Of a stretch of 64,000 bases of DNA, positions 21,172 to 32,190 are shown in pieces. Below the pieces are notes generated by a model. The model was not told the origin of the DNA, searched no databases, and saw only the letters and a list, made by a program, of their open reading frames with translations. Where the stretch lies: assembly GCA_965214605.1 (NCBI GenBank), contig OZ243961.1, positions 2,976,001 through 3,040,000 of the forward strand. The letters are read 5' to 3'. Made by a program: the position numbers and the translations under genes. The stretch is from an uncultured Candidatus Binatia bacterium. GTDB taxonomy: Bacteria; Desulfobacterota; Binatia; Bin18. Every line of letters starts with the position of its first letter. The first letter of the stretch is position 1.

Positions 21172-22233
21172 ATGGCGCGCATTCTGACCTGTACCTGGGC
21201 TCCGACCACCCTGGCTATTCCCCAACTCACGACCGGTCAGGCCTCCAAGCTCGGCCTCGCCGAACTCCACGGGCCACAGCTGACCGAGCGTATGCTGGGT
21301 CCTGCCCAGGCCGCCGAAGCGCTCGGCATCGACTACCTTTTGGTCGCCCAGCGTTGGTGGGGCAGCGGGCAGGAAATCGAGGGGCCAACTTATGACTGTT
21401 TGGCCATGACCGCCTTTTACGCCGCCCAGACCAAACGCCTGCGTCTCATTACGGCCATCCATCCCGGTTTTTTCCTGCCCGCGCCGATCGCGAAATGGGG
21501 GGCTACGCTTGATCGGCTGACGGACGGCCGCTGGTCGATTAACCTCACCTCAGGCTGGCACGAGGCCGAGTTCGGCATGTACGGAGCAGAGCTTATTGAA
21601 CACGATGAGCGCTACGCTCGAACGAACGAGTTCGCTGAAATTTTGCGCGGTGCTTGGACGCACGAAGAGTTTGACTACGCCGGGCGTTTTTACCAGGTTC
21701 GCGGCCTGCGCTTGGAACCACGACCAATGTCGCCTCACCTTGAGGTCTTCCAGGGCGGACAATCTGCGGCAGCTATGACGCTGGCGGCCCGACATTCGGA
21801 CTGGATGTTTCTGAACGGCGGCCGGCCGGACAAGATTGGACACATTATTGAGACGGTCCGCAAACGGACGGCTGAGACAGGACGCCGGGTACGGTTTGCC
21901 CTGTACGCCCTTCCCCTGTGCCGCGAGACCGACAGTGAGGCACAGGCGGCTGTTCAGGCCATGGTCGATGCCCAAGACACGGCCGTGCTGGCCCGTCGCA
22001 GGCAAAAGGTCAGCGGTGCGCAGGGGATGTGGCAGCCGAGTGACGATCCCCTGAGCCACTTAGATAGCAACGAGGGTTTGGCCAGCCGCTTGATCGGCAG
22101 CCCGGACACCATCTTGGGGCGGATGCGCGAGTTTCACGAACTGGGGGTCGATTGTTTTCATCTGACGCTGCACGACCGGCTGTTCAATCAGGCGGTGCTG
22201 CCAGCGCTGCAGCAGGCCGCCTGGGCGCAATGA
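21172..22233 (+). CDS. LLM-class flavin-dependent monooxygenase (SsuD/SfnG-like)
   Basis: LLVAQRWWG, ATLDRLTDGRWSINLTSGW, HDERY and FQGGQS motifs. Confidence 0.9.
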   Translation: MARILTCTWAPTTLAIPQLTTGQASKLGLAELHGPQLTERMLGPAQAAEALGIDYLLVAQRWWGSGQEIEGPTYDCLAMTAFYAAQTKRLRLITAIHPGFFLPAPIAKWGATLDRLTDGRWSINLTSGWHEAEFGMYGAELIEHDERYARTNEFAEILRGAWTHEEFDYAGRFYQVRGLRLEPRPMSPHLEVFQGGQSAAAMTLAARHSDWMFLNGGRPDKIGHIIETVRKRTAETGRRVRFALYALPLCRETDSEAQAAVQAMVDAQDTAVLARRRQKVSGAQGMWQPSDDPLSHLDSNEGLASRLIGSPDTILGRMREFHELGVDCFHLTLHDRLFNQAVLPALQQAAWAQ

Positions 22234-24047
22234 AACATATCACCTGTGCACAGGATATCCGGGCCGTGCTCAGACGGCTGCTCAGCAGCGCGCTGCTGAG
22301 CGTCCTCATGGCCCCTCGTCCAGCGCTTGCCGTAGACGAAGCGCGCCTTCTCGGTGCGGACCAAGACCACAAGAATTGGCTTACCTACGGGCATGGCTAC
22401 GCGAACCAGCGCTATAGCGGCCTCAGCCAGATTGATACCACAAACGTCCGACGCCTCGTGCCCAAGTGGATCTACCAGACGGGCGTGTTGGGAACCTTCC
22501 CAACTAACCCGATTGTTGCTGACGGGGTCATGTATCTGACTACGCCAGGCAACCATGTGGTTGCTCTCGACGCGGCCAGCGGAGCCCTGCGCTGGCGTTA
22601 CACCCATCGGATGGCCGTTGAGACGCTGTGTTGCGGCTCGCATAACCGGGGGCTGGCACTCGGCTATGGACGGCTGTACATGATCACCGCTGACGCCCGC
22701 CTCCTTGCGCTAGACGCAGCGAGTGGGGCGCTCGTATGGGACACGACGGTTGTCGATCCGATGACCGGAAATGCGGACGATTTGGCCGCCCTCAAAACGG
22801 TCGGGACTCCGACGTCCGACAGCTTTGCCCAGTGGACCCGGTTTGCCGGTAATATGGCGCCGGTGGTGTACAACGGCAAGGTCTTTGTCGGGGTGAGTGG
22901 GACCGGCTACAGCGCCGTCTTAGGCGAGGCCGAGGCGGGTGGACCGTCCGTGCTTGGGCGGGCCGGCACTCGGCGTGGTCTGCGCGCGTTTTTGTCCGCC
23001 TATGACGCTGCGTACGGACATTTGGTCTGGCGCTGGTACTCCACGGCTGCCGAGGGTTGGGAGGGCGAGTTCGTCGGGCGAACCGTGTTTGGTGACGTCT
23101 TAGAGCGCGATCTGGCCGCCGAGCGTGCCAGTGCCGATACCTACCGCGGGGCGTGGAAGACTGGTGGGGGCTCGATTTATTCCTCGCCGTCCATCGACCC
23201 CGAACTGGGACTGATTTATTTCGGGACTGGGAACGCCTCGCCGGGGTATGCCGACGCCAAGCGGCCGGGCGATAATCTGTACACCGCCTCGCTGATCGCC
23301 CTGGACGTCAAAACCGGCCAACTGCGCTGGTATCACCAGATCGTACCGCACGACATCTGGGGCTACGATGTGGCCAATCCGCCCGTCTTGTTCGATTTTG
23401 TGTCCAAGGGGACGACGGTGCGGGCCGTGGCCGAAGCATCGAAATCAGGCTGGGTCTATCTCTTCGATCGGGCGACAGGTGAGGTGTTGCGGCGCTCTGA
23501 GGCGTTTGTCCCGCAAAACGATTCGATGTTCCGCCGCCCGACTCCCGCCGGCCTTGTGATTGCGCCGGGTGCGGGTGGAGGGGCGAATTGGCCGCCGACA
23601 TCCTACAGTCCCGAAACGGGTTGGCTCTACGTGTCGGCAAGCCACAATCCCACCTGTTATACGCTTGAGCCAGGCGCCGATGGCCATCCGGATGGGGTGG
23701 TGATCTCGTTTGACGAACAGGTCGAACGCTGGGGAACACTCAGCGCAATCGATCCCCGGAGTGGAAAAATCGCCTGGCAGGTCAGAACCGAGCTGCCACT
23801 GCTGAGCGGCTCGGTAGCAACGGCAGGCGGCCTCCTCTTTCACGGACAGTCCAACGGCGAGTTTGTCGCCCGCAGTGCCAAAGACGGGACCAAGCTCTGG
23901 TCCTTTACCACCGGGGCCGGGGTGAATGCGCCGCCGGTCAGCTATGGGGTGGGAGGAAAACAATTTGTGGCGGTCGCGTCCGGCGGCCACCGTCTGTTCA
24001 ATTTTCCGTTAGGCGACGCGGTGATCGCGTTTGGGCTCCCGGATTAA
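22230..24047 (+). CDS. PQQ-dependent dehydrogenase (beta-propeller)
   Basis: NWLTYGHGYANQRYSGL, vicinal CC (LCCG), Trp-docking repeats, PHDIWGYD, GGANW; ATGA overlap with the upstream gene. Confidence 0.9.
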   Translation: MKHITCAQDIRAVLRRLLSSALLSVLMAPRPALAVDEARLLGADQDHKNWLTYGHGYANQRYSGLSQIDTTNVRRLVPKWIYQTGVLGTFPTNPIVADGVMYLTTPGNHVVALDAASGALRWRYTHRMAVETLCCGSHNRGLALGYGRLYMITADARLLALDAASGALVWDTTVVDPMTGNADDLAALKTVGTPTSDSFAQWTRFAGNMAPVVYNGKVFVGVSGTGYSAVLGEAEAGGPSVLGRAGTRRGLRAFLSAYDAAYGHLVWRWYSTAAEGWEGEFVGRTVFGDVLERDLAAERASADTYRGAWKTGGGSIYSSPSIDPELGLIYFGTGNASPGYADAKRPGDNLYTASLIALDVKTGQLRWYHQIVPHDIWGYDVANPPVLFDFVSKGTTVRAVAEASKSGWVYLFDRATGEVLRRSEAFVPQNDSMFRRPTPAGLVIAPGAGGGANWPPTSYSPETGWLYVSASHNPTCYTLEPGADGHPDGVVISFDEQVERWGTLSAIDPRSGKIAWQVRTELPLLSGSVATAGGLLFHGQSNGEFVARSAKDGTKLWSFTTGAGVNAPPVSYGVGGKQFVAVASGGHRLFNFPLGDAVIAFGLPD

Positions 24048-24598
24048 ATCTCTTCCACCCCGCTTGGCCCGGCAGGACAAGATACTTGTCGCTCTAGCTC
24101 GAACACGTGCTCATCCATCACGCCGATCGCGCGTAAACTGTCGGCGAGTCGGATAAGATACTCGGCGTTTGAGCCGCTCGGTCCTGTTGCGTGACGAATT
24201 TGACGGGCGATATCCAACACGGGCGCGGGACCCAAATACTCCGGATTGTCCTCCTCGGCAACGTACATGCACGCGTTGCCGAGCGGCTCGGATGCGCCGC
24301 AGTAAAATTGTACCCAGTGGCGTCGGAATCCCCCTTGTTCCCGCTGATCGAGGTAGGATAAGACCGAGTCGAATGAACCCTCAGCGATGTGGTAGGCGAC
24401 TCCCCAACACACCGCCGTAGTATCGGCGACGAGGGTCACCACCCGTCCAGGCGAGCCGGGAACGCCACGGTGATCGGTCGAGCCCTGATAGAAACGCCGC
24501 GCCCAGCCACGGATATAGCCGATTTGTCGCTGGGTAAATAAAAAGCCTGGGTTCCAGATCAGGGAGCCGTAGCCAAAAATCCACGTCGTATCCTGCAT
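24044..24598 (-). CDS. chaC: Glutathione-specific gamma-glutamylcyclotransferase
   Basis: WIFGYGSLIW, STDHRG...PGRVVTL, RE and GPSGSNAEY motifs. Confidence 0.92.
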   Translation of the reverse strand: MQDTTWIFGYGSLIWNPGFLFTQRQIGYIRGWARRFYQGSTDHRGVPGSPGRVVTLVADTTAVCWGVAYHIAEGSFDSVLSYLDQREQGGFRRHWVQFYCGASEPLGNACMYVAEEDNPEYLGPAPVLDIARQIRHATGPSGSNAEYLIRLADSLRAIGVMDEHVFELERQVSCPAGPSGVEEI

Positions 24599-25000
24599 GC
24601 TCGCCCCGTCACTGCCGGTGTTCGTCTCCGCGCACAGCCTCGCTCTTCACCTCTGCCACTATCATAGATTCAGCCAAACGACATCTTATCTCTATGCAAT
24701 TCGTGAGCTTTCTGACACAGTCATAGGGCCGTGTAGAACACGCACGAAGAAAGGCCGCTAGACACTAGGGCTTTAGCCCTGATGAAGAGGCGCTGAAGCA
24801 GGCTGGTGCCCCGGAGGACAAAGCCGGTAGAGCCGCCGCGGGACCGGCGGAGTATAAAGACTGCTCGGCGAGTGGGGAGCGCAGGCTGTCGATCTTGGAG
24901 TGGCAAGCCGCCTGCCTGACGGTGATGACCGCAGTGCCCCGCCTCTCATCTGCGGCTGGGCGCCTTGTCCTGGGGCTGTGGAGCAGCAGAGGAGAGGAGT

Positions 25001-25555
25001 ATGTCTCCAGATCAGGTGTTCAAAAAGCCGTATCTGCGTACAGCTATGATTCCCGGCTCGTTTCCCTTGGTCGGACCGGATGATGATCCGCCAGAGGTCT
25101 TAGGGGTCGACCACCTTGATATCACGGTGACCGATCTGTCCCGTTCCCTGCCGTTTTATGAAAAGATTCTGGGTGCCTTGGGGTTTCGCAAGATGATCCA
25201 CCCGCACTACAACGGGTTTCACAACGCCTACCTCATTATTGGCATCAAGGAGGCGGCGGCGGAAGAGAGAGCCGTCGGTCATAATCGTTTTCGAGCCGGC
25301 CTGCACCATCTGGCACTCAAGGCCAAACACCGCCAAGACGTTGATCGCTTCTACGATTTTCTGGTGGTCGAGGGGGTGACTGTCTTAGATCCGCCGGCTT
25401 CTTACCCAGAGTATGGGCCGCAGTATTATGCGGTCTTTTTTGCCGATCCGGATGGTATCAAACTGGAGCTGGTGCACTATCCGGTCCAGTGGGGCTACTG
25501 GTCCACAACACAGCTGGAAGGCGCGGACGAGCGGCCGCGGAGTGAGCCTGACTAA
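25001..25555 (+). CDS. VOC family protein
   Basis: DHLDITVTDL, GLHHLAL and YYAVFFADPDGIKLELVH motifs. Confidence 0.88.
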   Translation: MSPDQVFKKPYLRTAMIPGSFPLVGPDDDPPEVLGVDHLDITVTDLSRSLPFYEKILGALGFRKMIHPHYNGFHNAYLIIGIKEAAAEERAVGHNRFRAGLHHLALKAKHRQDVDRFYDFLVVEGVTVLDPPASYPEYGPQYYAVFFADPDGIKLELVHYPVQWGYWSTTQLEGADERPRSEPD

Positions 25556-25579
25556 AGTTCGAGCAAAAGGAGGAGGACG

Positions 25580-26341
25580 ATGCCGAACCTAGAAGACTAT
25601 GCCAACAAGTATCAAGATATCCGCATGCAGCGTCGCAATGGGATCTTGGAGATGACCCTCCATAACAACGGTGGCCCCATGGTGTGGAACGAAAGCATCC
25701 ACCGGGAGTTCGCCTATGCGTGTAGCGACATTGGCGCCGATCCAGAAAATAAGGTGGTCATTATGACAGGGACCGGCGATGCCTTTTGTAGCGATATTGA
25801 TTTCTCCAGCTTTAGCGGTGATCTGGGCACCCCGCAGGGCTGGGACAAGATTTATTGGGAAGGCAAGCGCCTGCTGGTCAACCTGTTGGACATTGAGGTG
25901 CCGATGATTGCCGCGGTCAACGGTCCGGCTCTGATCCATGCCGAAATCGCCGTGTTGTGCGATATTGTCCTGGCCTCGGACACGGCCGCCTTCCAAGACG
26001 CGCCGCATTTTCCGAACGGCGTCGTGCCGGGCGACGGAGTGCATCTGGTCTGGCCGCTGCTGCTCGGGGCAAATCGGGGACGCTATTTCCTACTGACGGG
26101 CCAGAAGTTGTCGGCCCAGGAAGCGCTCAATCTTGGAGTTGTCAATGAAGTCCTCCCCAAAGATGCTCTCCTGGCCCGAGCCTGGGAGCTGGCCGAGCAA
26201 CTGGCTGAAAAACCGCCTCTGACCCTGCGCTACGCGCGGGTTGCCATGACCCAAGAACTCAAGCGTTTGATCAGAGACGGGCTAGGCTATGGGCTGGCCT
26301 TAGAAGGTCTGGCGGCCATGGACCGTCAGCCAGGCAGCTAA
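25580..26341 (+). CDS. Crotonase/enoyl-CoA hydratase family protein (6-oxocamphor hydrolase-like)
   Basis: [25 protein letters not shown] and [11 protein letters not shown] motifs. Confidence 0.88.
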   Translation: MPNLEDYANKYQDIRMQRRNGILEMTLHNNGGPMVWNESIHREFAYACSDIGADPENKVVIMTGTGDAFCSDIDFSSFSGDLGTPQGWDKIYWEGKRLLVNLLDIEVPMIAAVNGPALIHAEIAVLCDIVLASDTAAFQDAPHFPNGVVPGDGVHLVWPLLLGANRGRYFLLTGQKLSAQEALNLGVVNEVLPKDALLARAWELAEQLAEKPPLTLRYARVAMTQELKRLIRDGLGYGLALEGLAAMDRQPGS

Positions 26342-26389
26342 GCCGACCGACGTGCGGCTGAGCCGGAAAAACGCGGTGGCTATGGAGAG

Positions 26390-26800
26390 AGCCTAGAGGA
26401 TTCTCAAGCGCATGTCGTCAGCTGTTAGAAACCGCGGTGGCTCGGTCGATATCGGTACGGACAAACTTCCCAAGGCAGCGGTTCTCTCCGGGGCCGGCCT
26501 TGCTGGTGGGTTCGGGGACAGTGTCTGCTCGTACCCGTGTTTTTACTCAACCGCGCTAAGGGGGAACGAGGTATTCCTGTGGATGCGGTATCGCGTCGGT
26601 ATCCTGTGGAATTCGGCGCAACGAAATTGGTAGAAAGGGGGCGATCCCGCTTCGGTCGGCCATAATCCATGACTCGACCTCCATGACCGCAATCCGGAGG
26701 AAGAAGTGGGGGGCTGTGGTCCTTTCATCTCATCCATGAGTTGGATGAGTTGTGGTAGACACGGTTCGGGAGAATCTCGCCCCTTCAGGTCAGACTGTGA
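26390..26800 (-). pseudogene. DUF4276-like (Toprim-type) protein relic
   Basis: Stitched DSPEPCLPQLIQ..FFLRIAVMEVESWIMADRSGIA..RIPQDTDAIPHPQEYL..LGKFVR..AVSNS; multiple frameshifts; N-terminus missing. Confidence 0.6.
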
Positions 26801-26927
26801 GCCTTGCTCTACAGAGAGTTTTTTCCTTGGGAGCATGCCTGTAAGCCGCTGATTTTCCGCCCTGGAAAGCGAGAGGAGCAGGATGAGCCGCCATGGAGCG
26901 TGGTCCCATCCCGGCCGGGCAGACCCG

Positions 26928-28367
26928 TTACCGCAAATCGCTCGTCTCCCACCGCCTCGCCCGCTCGATTTTCCACAGCCGCTCCTGCTCGGCTATCCAG
27001 CGCCGTTTCTTGGCCGCTTGCTCTCGAATCTGCCTCCCCATCCGTCCCGCCTCAGTACTCCTCTCGCTGGGGTCACGGAGGTTGAGCTCTCGTTCCACAA
27101 TGCCACGTTTCCACCAGACCGCTTGCAGATGTTGTTTCGCAATATTGAAGGATGGGAAAAGAACCCCCAGGCGACGAAATCGTTCCTCTCTGTCCTTGGT
27201 CGAGATCTCGACATCGCTGCGCCATCTGGTGACCACGGGTCTAAAGATCAGCTCGGCGTAGCGAGCTACCAAGGCACTCATATAGGCGTCGATCAAGCCG
27301 CCTTGTCGGATCACTGCCTCAAAACCGGGCAAGGTTTGTCTCGCGATGTGTGAAAAGACGTGGCTGACGGCGACGAGGGATTCGTGAGCTCTGGCCGTAG
27401 CGTAGGCGGTGTCGTACTCCTGTTGAGCCAGGATTGCAGCAAAGGATTGCCAGTCGTGAGCCCCTCTCAGTGACGAGGCCGCGACCATGTCGGCTGGCGG
27501 CTTGCGCGGGTAAGGCGGCGGCAGTCTCTCACTGTCCCGAAAAATGACAACGGGTGGAATGTCCAACAGGGCTCGGCTGTGCTCCCACGCGACCCGCTCA
27601 GCATTCTTTTCATCCTCCTCCAGGATGGACTGAAAAGTCTGCCGTACGTCTCTGATGTCTGGCTTGTCCAAGCGAGTCCAGCCCCGGCGTATGCTTTCCG
27701 CGGCCAGATATCTCGCGAGCACCGTTTCCTCTTGGCCGACAAGAACGTGGTAACGCCTGACGATCATCTCAGCCGTCCACACTCCAAGGCCAATATCGCA
27801 CAGCACGGGCAGACTAGTGAGGGCTATGAGAGCGATCAGCGTGTGGACAACAAGTTTGTGATTGGCCAGGCGTGTCCTGCCGTGTCTCGTTCCCAAATAG
27901 GACACACTCACGATCAGACAGGTCAGCAGGCCACACACAAACAGCCAGACCGACCAAGGGCGGAAATCTTTTAGCCCGATCTGAAACTGCAGCAAGCCGT
28001 GCTCAATAGGGCGCAAGCCCTCCGGGTCTAGGCTGTAGGACAGACCGCTGCACACGAAGAGTCCGGCCGACAGCGTCACGAACGCGATAAAGAGGAGCAA
28101 AAGAGCCGGGGCGGCGACTTGTCCCAGCTGACCGCCGCGGCGTGCTTTCGACCAGGCTCCGAAGTTAAGCAGTAAGACCACACAGACCGGCCAGGTCCAG
28201 ACCAAAAAGAAACCGCTCAGAGCGACAGCCAAGCTCACCCCACACGCGGGCAATGCGGTCCTACCAAGCCATTTCCGAGCATGATTCGTCTTGGACAAAA
28301 TTCTCCTGTCGCTCAGAGCGGTGTGGACACCTCGGGCTCTTCCCAGGCTCAGAGCCGCACGCGACAT
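26928..28367 (-). CDS. Orphan membrane protein (about five TM segments, then a soluble domain)
   Basis: Uninterrupted 479 aa ORF; hydrophobic first ~200 aa; no family recognised. Confidence 0.6.
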   Translation of the reverse strand: MSRAALSLGRARGVHTALSDRRILSKTNHARKWLGRTALPACGVSLAVALSGFFLVWTWPVCVVLLLNFGAWSKARRGGQLGQVAAPALLLLFIAFVTLSAGLFVCSGLSYSLDPEGLRPIEHGLLQFQIGLKDFRPWSVWLFVCGLLTCLIVSVSYLGTRHGRTRLANHKLVVHTLIALIALTSLPVLCDIGLGVWTAEMIVRRYHVLVGQEETVLARYLAAESIRRGWTRLDKPDIRDVRQTFQSILEEDEKNAERVAWEHSRALLDIPPVVIFRDSERLPPPYPRKPPADMVAASSLRGAHDWQSFAAILAQQEYDTAYATARAHESLVAVSHVFSHIARQTLPGFEAVIRQGGLIDAYMSALVARYAELIFRPVVTRWRSDVEISTKDREERFRRLGVLFPSFNIAKQHLQAVWWKRGIVERELNLRDPSERSTEAGRMGRQIREQAAKKRRWIAEQERLWKIERARRWETSDLR

Positions 28368-28500
28368 ATCCTTTCTGACGACTCAGCGATTGGACACGTC
28401 CAAGCATAACGCTCAAGTCCCAACAGTTGCAACAATCCGCCGACCCGCCTATAAGGCCGAGAGAACACGCCTGGCAGCGCAGGCTGCAAAGGAGGAGCGC

Positions 28501-30222
28501 ATGGCGACGGCGATAAAAATCGACTGTAATGTGGACGTTCCAATGCCAGACGGGGTCGTGCTGCGCGCCGATATCTATCGACCTGACGATACTGCCCGCC
28601 ACCCGGTCTTGCTGGCACGCCTGCCGTATAACAAAGACCTGTCTCTTATCACCCTCTCCTTACTCAGTCCGGTCCGTGCCGCAAAACATGGCTATGTGGT
28701 CGTGCTGCAAGACACCCGTGGACGCTTTAAGTCAGAGGGAAATTTTATCCCGTTTGCCGATGAGGCCCGGGATGGGGCGGATACAATTGCCTGGTGCGCG
28801 GATCAGGCGTGGTCAAGCGGTCAGGTGGGGATGTTCGGTGCCTCCTACTATGGGGCGACGCAGTGGCTGGCCGCGACCGCCAACCCGCCGGCCCTCAAAG
28901 CCATGGTGCCAACGATTACCTCGTCCGGTTACCACGAGGGCTGGACCTACCAAGGTGGAGCGTTTCAGCAAGGGTTCATTCAGTTTTGGACCGCCGGCTT
29001 GGCAGTTGAAACGCTGGGACGCTTAAATCGCGCGCCGGGCGATGCGCGGAGCAAGCTGTACGGGACGATTTTTGGCATGCACGATGCCTATCAGCGGCTC
29101 CCCCTCAACGACTTTTCGCCGGCCAGCGTGCCGGGCCTGATGGACCACTATCGGGAGTGGCTCAGCCATCCGTCTCAGGATGACTACTGGGAAAAATGGC
29201 GCATTGAGTCGAAGTACGCCGACATGGATGTTCCGGCGCTCCACATCGCGGGCTGGTACGATATTTTTCTGGAGGGCTCCTTGCGGAACTATGTCGGCAT
29301 GCGCCGGCAGGCCAAAAGCGCCCAAACCCGCCAACGGCAGCGGCTGTTTGTTGGACCGTGGCTGCACGGTCTGTTCGATCGGGTCGTCGGTGAGGTTGAT
29401 TTCGGACCGAGCGTGCTGCTCGACGCGGTCAACCTGGGCGGGATGCATCTCAAGTGGTTTGATCACTGCCTGCGTGGCGAGCCCGATTCGAGCGCGCCGG
29501 TACGGATTTTTGTCATGGGCGCAAACACGTGGCGCAATGAGAACGAGTGGCCGCTCGCCCGTGCCATCCCGACCCGCTACTATCTGGCCGGCCAGGGGCG
29601 GGCCAACAGCCTGCGCGGTGATGGGCGTTTGCTAAGCCAGCTGGCCGCTGACCAGACCAGCGACACCTTTCTGTACGATCCCACGCGACCCGTGCCCTCG
29701 TGGGGCGGGTGCACCCTCTTTCCGGGCGCTCAGAGTGCCGGACCGTGCGACCAGCGTCCAGTCGAGGAGCGCGACGACGTGTTGGTCTACACCTCCGCTC
29801 CACTGAGCCAGCCGACCGAAGTCACCGGCCCGATTGAAGCGGTCATCTTTGCCGCCACAGACGGACGCGATACCGACTTCACCGCCAAACTCGTCGCCGT
29901 GGCCGCGGATGGACGAGCCATCAATTTGTGCGACGGCATTATGCGGGCGCGCTACCGTAGCGGTTTGTCCCGGCCGGAACTGCTGGAGCCCGGCCAAGTC
30001 TACGAGTACCGAATCCAGCTCGGCTCAACCAGCTTTGTCTTTGCCCCGGGCGAGTGTATCCGGCTGGAGGTGTCAAGCAGTAATTTCCCGCGTTTTGATC
30101 GCAACCTTAACACTGGCGGGGCCCTCGGTCTTGAGTCCGAAGGGCGAGCCGCGGTGCAGCGGGTATTCCACGGCGGGGCATGGCCCTCACACCTTGTGTT
30201 GCCGATTGTTCCGCCCGCCTAG
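28501..30222 (+). CDS. CocE/NonD family serine hydrolase
   Basis: LRADIYRP, QDTRGRFKSEG, GASYYG nucleophile, GWYD and SSSNFPRFDRN motifs; AAAGGAGG RBS. Confidence 0.94.
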   Translation: MATAIKIDCNVDVPMPDGVVLRADIYRPDDTARHPVLLARLPYNKDLSLITLSLLSPVRAAKHGYVVVLQDTRGRFKSEGNFIPFADEARDGADTIAWCADQAWSSGQVGMFGASYYGATQWLAATANPPALKAMVPTITSSGYHEGWTYQGGAFQQGFIQFWTAGLAVETLGRLNRAPGDARSKLYGTIFGMHDAYQRLPLNDFSPASVPGLMDHYREWLSHPSQDDYWEKWRIESKYADMDVPALHIAGWYDIFLEGSLRNYVGMRRQAKSAQTRQRQRLFVGPWLHGLFDRVVGEVDFGPSVLLDAVNLGGMHLKWFDHCLRGEPDSSAPVRIFVMGANTWRNENEWPLARAIPTRYYLAGQGRANSLRGDGRLLSQLAADQTSDTFLYDPTRPVPSWGGCTLFPGAQSAGPCDQRPVEERDDVLVYTSAPLSQPTEVTGPIEAVIFAATDGRDTDFTAKLVAVAADGRAINLCDGIMRARYRSGLSRPELLEPGQVYEYRIQLGSTSFVFAPGECIRLEVSSSNFPRFDRNLNTGGALGLESEGRAAVQRVFHGGAWPSHLVLPIVPPA

Positions 30223-30268
30223 GCGGGCGACACGCTCAGCCTAAAACAGACCTGAGAAAGGGACAAGC

Positions 30269-31267
30269 ATGAACCCCAAAGTGTGTATCTCGTTTGTCGG
30301 ATCGTCCGGGCTGGGCGGCTTCCCGGCCTATTCGCCGGAACTGGCCGCTGAGCTCCAGCGTGAGTTTCCCGCCGCCCGCATCACCCTCATCCAAGACCCA
30401 AGCCAACGCCAGACCGAGCTGGCCGACACCGACGTGCTGTTTGCCGTCCGTTTTAGTCCGCGCGATCTCCAAGGTGCCCGGCAGCTCAAGTGGCTCCACC
30501 TCGCCTCGGCCGGGGCAACCCATGTCTTGTTTCCAGAGATGATCGCCAGCGACGTGATCATCACTAACTCCCGAGGCCTCCACGGTATTCCGATTGCCGA
30601 ACACATCCTGGGCGTGATGATTATGCTGGCCCGCCAGATACACGTGGCCTACCGGTATCAACTCAAAGGCAAATGGCCGCGGCGCGAGATGTTTGAGCTG
30701 TATCCGACCTTTTCCGAGCTGTATGGCGGCACGGCTGGGATTATCGGACTGGGCGGGATTGGCATGGCGGTTGCCGAGCGGGTCAAAGCGATGGGGATGC
30801 GGGTGATTGCCACCAAGCGCAGGGTTGAGGCCGTACCGCCGTGTGTGGATGAGGTGTTGGGCACTGAGGGCTTAGCGCGCCTCTTGCAAGAGTCTGATTT
30901 TGTGATCATCGCCGCCCCGCTCACGCCCCAGACGACCGGCTTGATCGGTGAGCAAGAGCTGCGGCTAATGAAGCCCACCGCCCACATCATCAATGTCGGG
31001 CGTGGTCCGATTATTCAGGAGCAGGTGCTGATTCGAGCCCTAAAAGAGGGCTGGATTGCCGGAGCCGGCCTTGATGTGACCGACCCCGAGCCGCCCCAGC
31101 CGGACAGCGAGCTGTTTCGGCTGCCCAATGTGGTACTGACTCCCCATGACTCGGGTTTACGCTCTGAGTACTGGAAGCACGCGACCGAGGTCTTCAAGCC
31201 CAATCTGGCCAAGTTTCTGCGGGGTGAGGCGCTAGACAACGTGGTCGATAAACACGGCGGTTACTAA
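30269..31267 (+). CDS. D-2-hydroxyacid dehydrogenase
   Basis: GLGGIG, INVGRG, AGLDV..PEP and LTPH motifs. Confidence 0.92.
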   Translation: MNPKVCISFVGSSGLGGFPAYSPELAAELQREFPAARITLIQDPSQRQTELADTDVLFAVRFSPRDLQGARQLKWLHLASAGATHVLFPEMIASDVIITNSRGLHGIPIAEHILGVMIMLARQIHVAYRYQLKGKWPRREMFELYPTFSELYGGTAGIIGLGGIGMAVAERVKAMGMRVIATKRRVEAVPPCVDEVLGTEGLARLLQESDFVIIAAPLTPQTTGLIGEQELRLMKPTAHIINVGRGPIIQEQVLIRALKEGWIAGAGLDVTDPEPPQPDSELFRLPNVVLTPHDSGLRSEYWKHATEVFKPNLAKFLRGEALDNVVDKHGGY

Positions 31268-31326
31268 CGCCCTCTTCTCTGCCGACGATGGGGGAGAAGC
31301 CCGTGTCCTCCCTCCGTGCTGATCCC

Positions 31327-32190
31327 TTACTGCACAAAGGCGTCCCGTCCACGGCTATAGGCAAAGATATTCTGGGCCGAGTTCCGGTTCACGAGTTCCC
31401 GGCCATACATCGGGTGATACAGGCTGCGGACCTCGTGCTCGAGTTCGCACAAGAGTTTGCCCGTCTTGGGACTCACAATAGCCTGAAATCGGTACTGATA
31501 GTCGTTGGATTCCTCGCTGATCAGCTTTTGGCGCTTTAAGAAAGCGTGGGGGCCCGAAAAATCGGCCACATAGATGGCAATATGATGCCCGTCGTACTCG
31601 GGCAGGGGCTCGGCGGTTTCCCGGAAGCGTAAAACCTGGGAGCAACCCATAGCGACCTCGGTCACTGTGCCCCGGCCGTCTTTGACCACTGTCGCCGGGG
31701 CGCGCATGACCGTGCGGTAGAAGACTGCAATGCCTCGGGCAGTTTTGGGTTTAACGAGTACCTCCACGTAAGGCATGCCGAGGCTCATGTCCCCAAACCG
31801 CGGGTCAGGAGCGTGACAGCGGATCTGATTTCCCCACGGGCAGCTCACCTCAACGTAGTCTTCTTGGGCCGTCCAGCTAAAGGCCGTTCCGGCTAATTTG
31901 TCTTCAAGCCTTGTGAGCCGCCGTTGCAGGGCGTCGAGGTCGGAGACAACTAGACCGATGCAGCCGGTCAGGACCTGGGGGTCGCGGGTGGGTAGATGAA
32001 ACTGTTGAGCGCCAACATTGACCCACATGTTTTCCGGCCCAACCATCATATACGGATCACGGGTCAGGCCGAGTCCTGAGACGTAGAAGCGGAGGGCCAT
32101 CTCTTGGTCGGGAATCGTCACATTGACGTGTTCCATGCCGAGGATGTTGCCGACGTCTTGCGTCTTGCGGTCGTATTTGGGCTGAGCCAT
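31327..32190 (-). CDS. VOC-like (glyoxalase fold) protein
   Basis: MEHVNVTIPD, QFHLP and YDGHHIAIYV motifs; AAAGGAGG RBS. Confidence 0.75.
   Translation of the reverse strand: MAQPKYDRKTQDVGNILGMEHVNVTIPDQEMALRFYVSGLGLTRDPYMMVGPENMWVNVGAQQFHLPTRDPQVLTGCIGLVVSDLDALQRRLTRLEDKLAGTAFSWTAQEDYVEVSCPWGNQIRCHAPDPRFGDMSLGMPYVEVLVKPKTARGIAVFYRTVMRAPATVVKDGRGTVTEVAMGCSQVLRFRETAEPLPEYDGHHIAIYVADFSGPHAFLKRQKLISEESNDYQYRFQAIVSPKTGKLLCELEHEVRSLYHPMYGRELVNRNSAQNIFAYSRGRDAFVQ

Noticed and set aside
24600-25000. 400 bp intergenic region as a possible ncRNA or riboswitch
   Set aside because: No recognisable SRP, 6S, tmRNA, RNase P or riboswitch motif; consistent with divergent promoters. An Rfam/Infernal scan would settle it.
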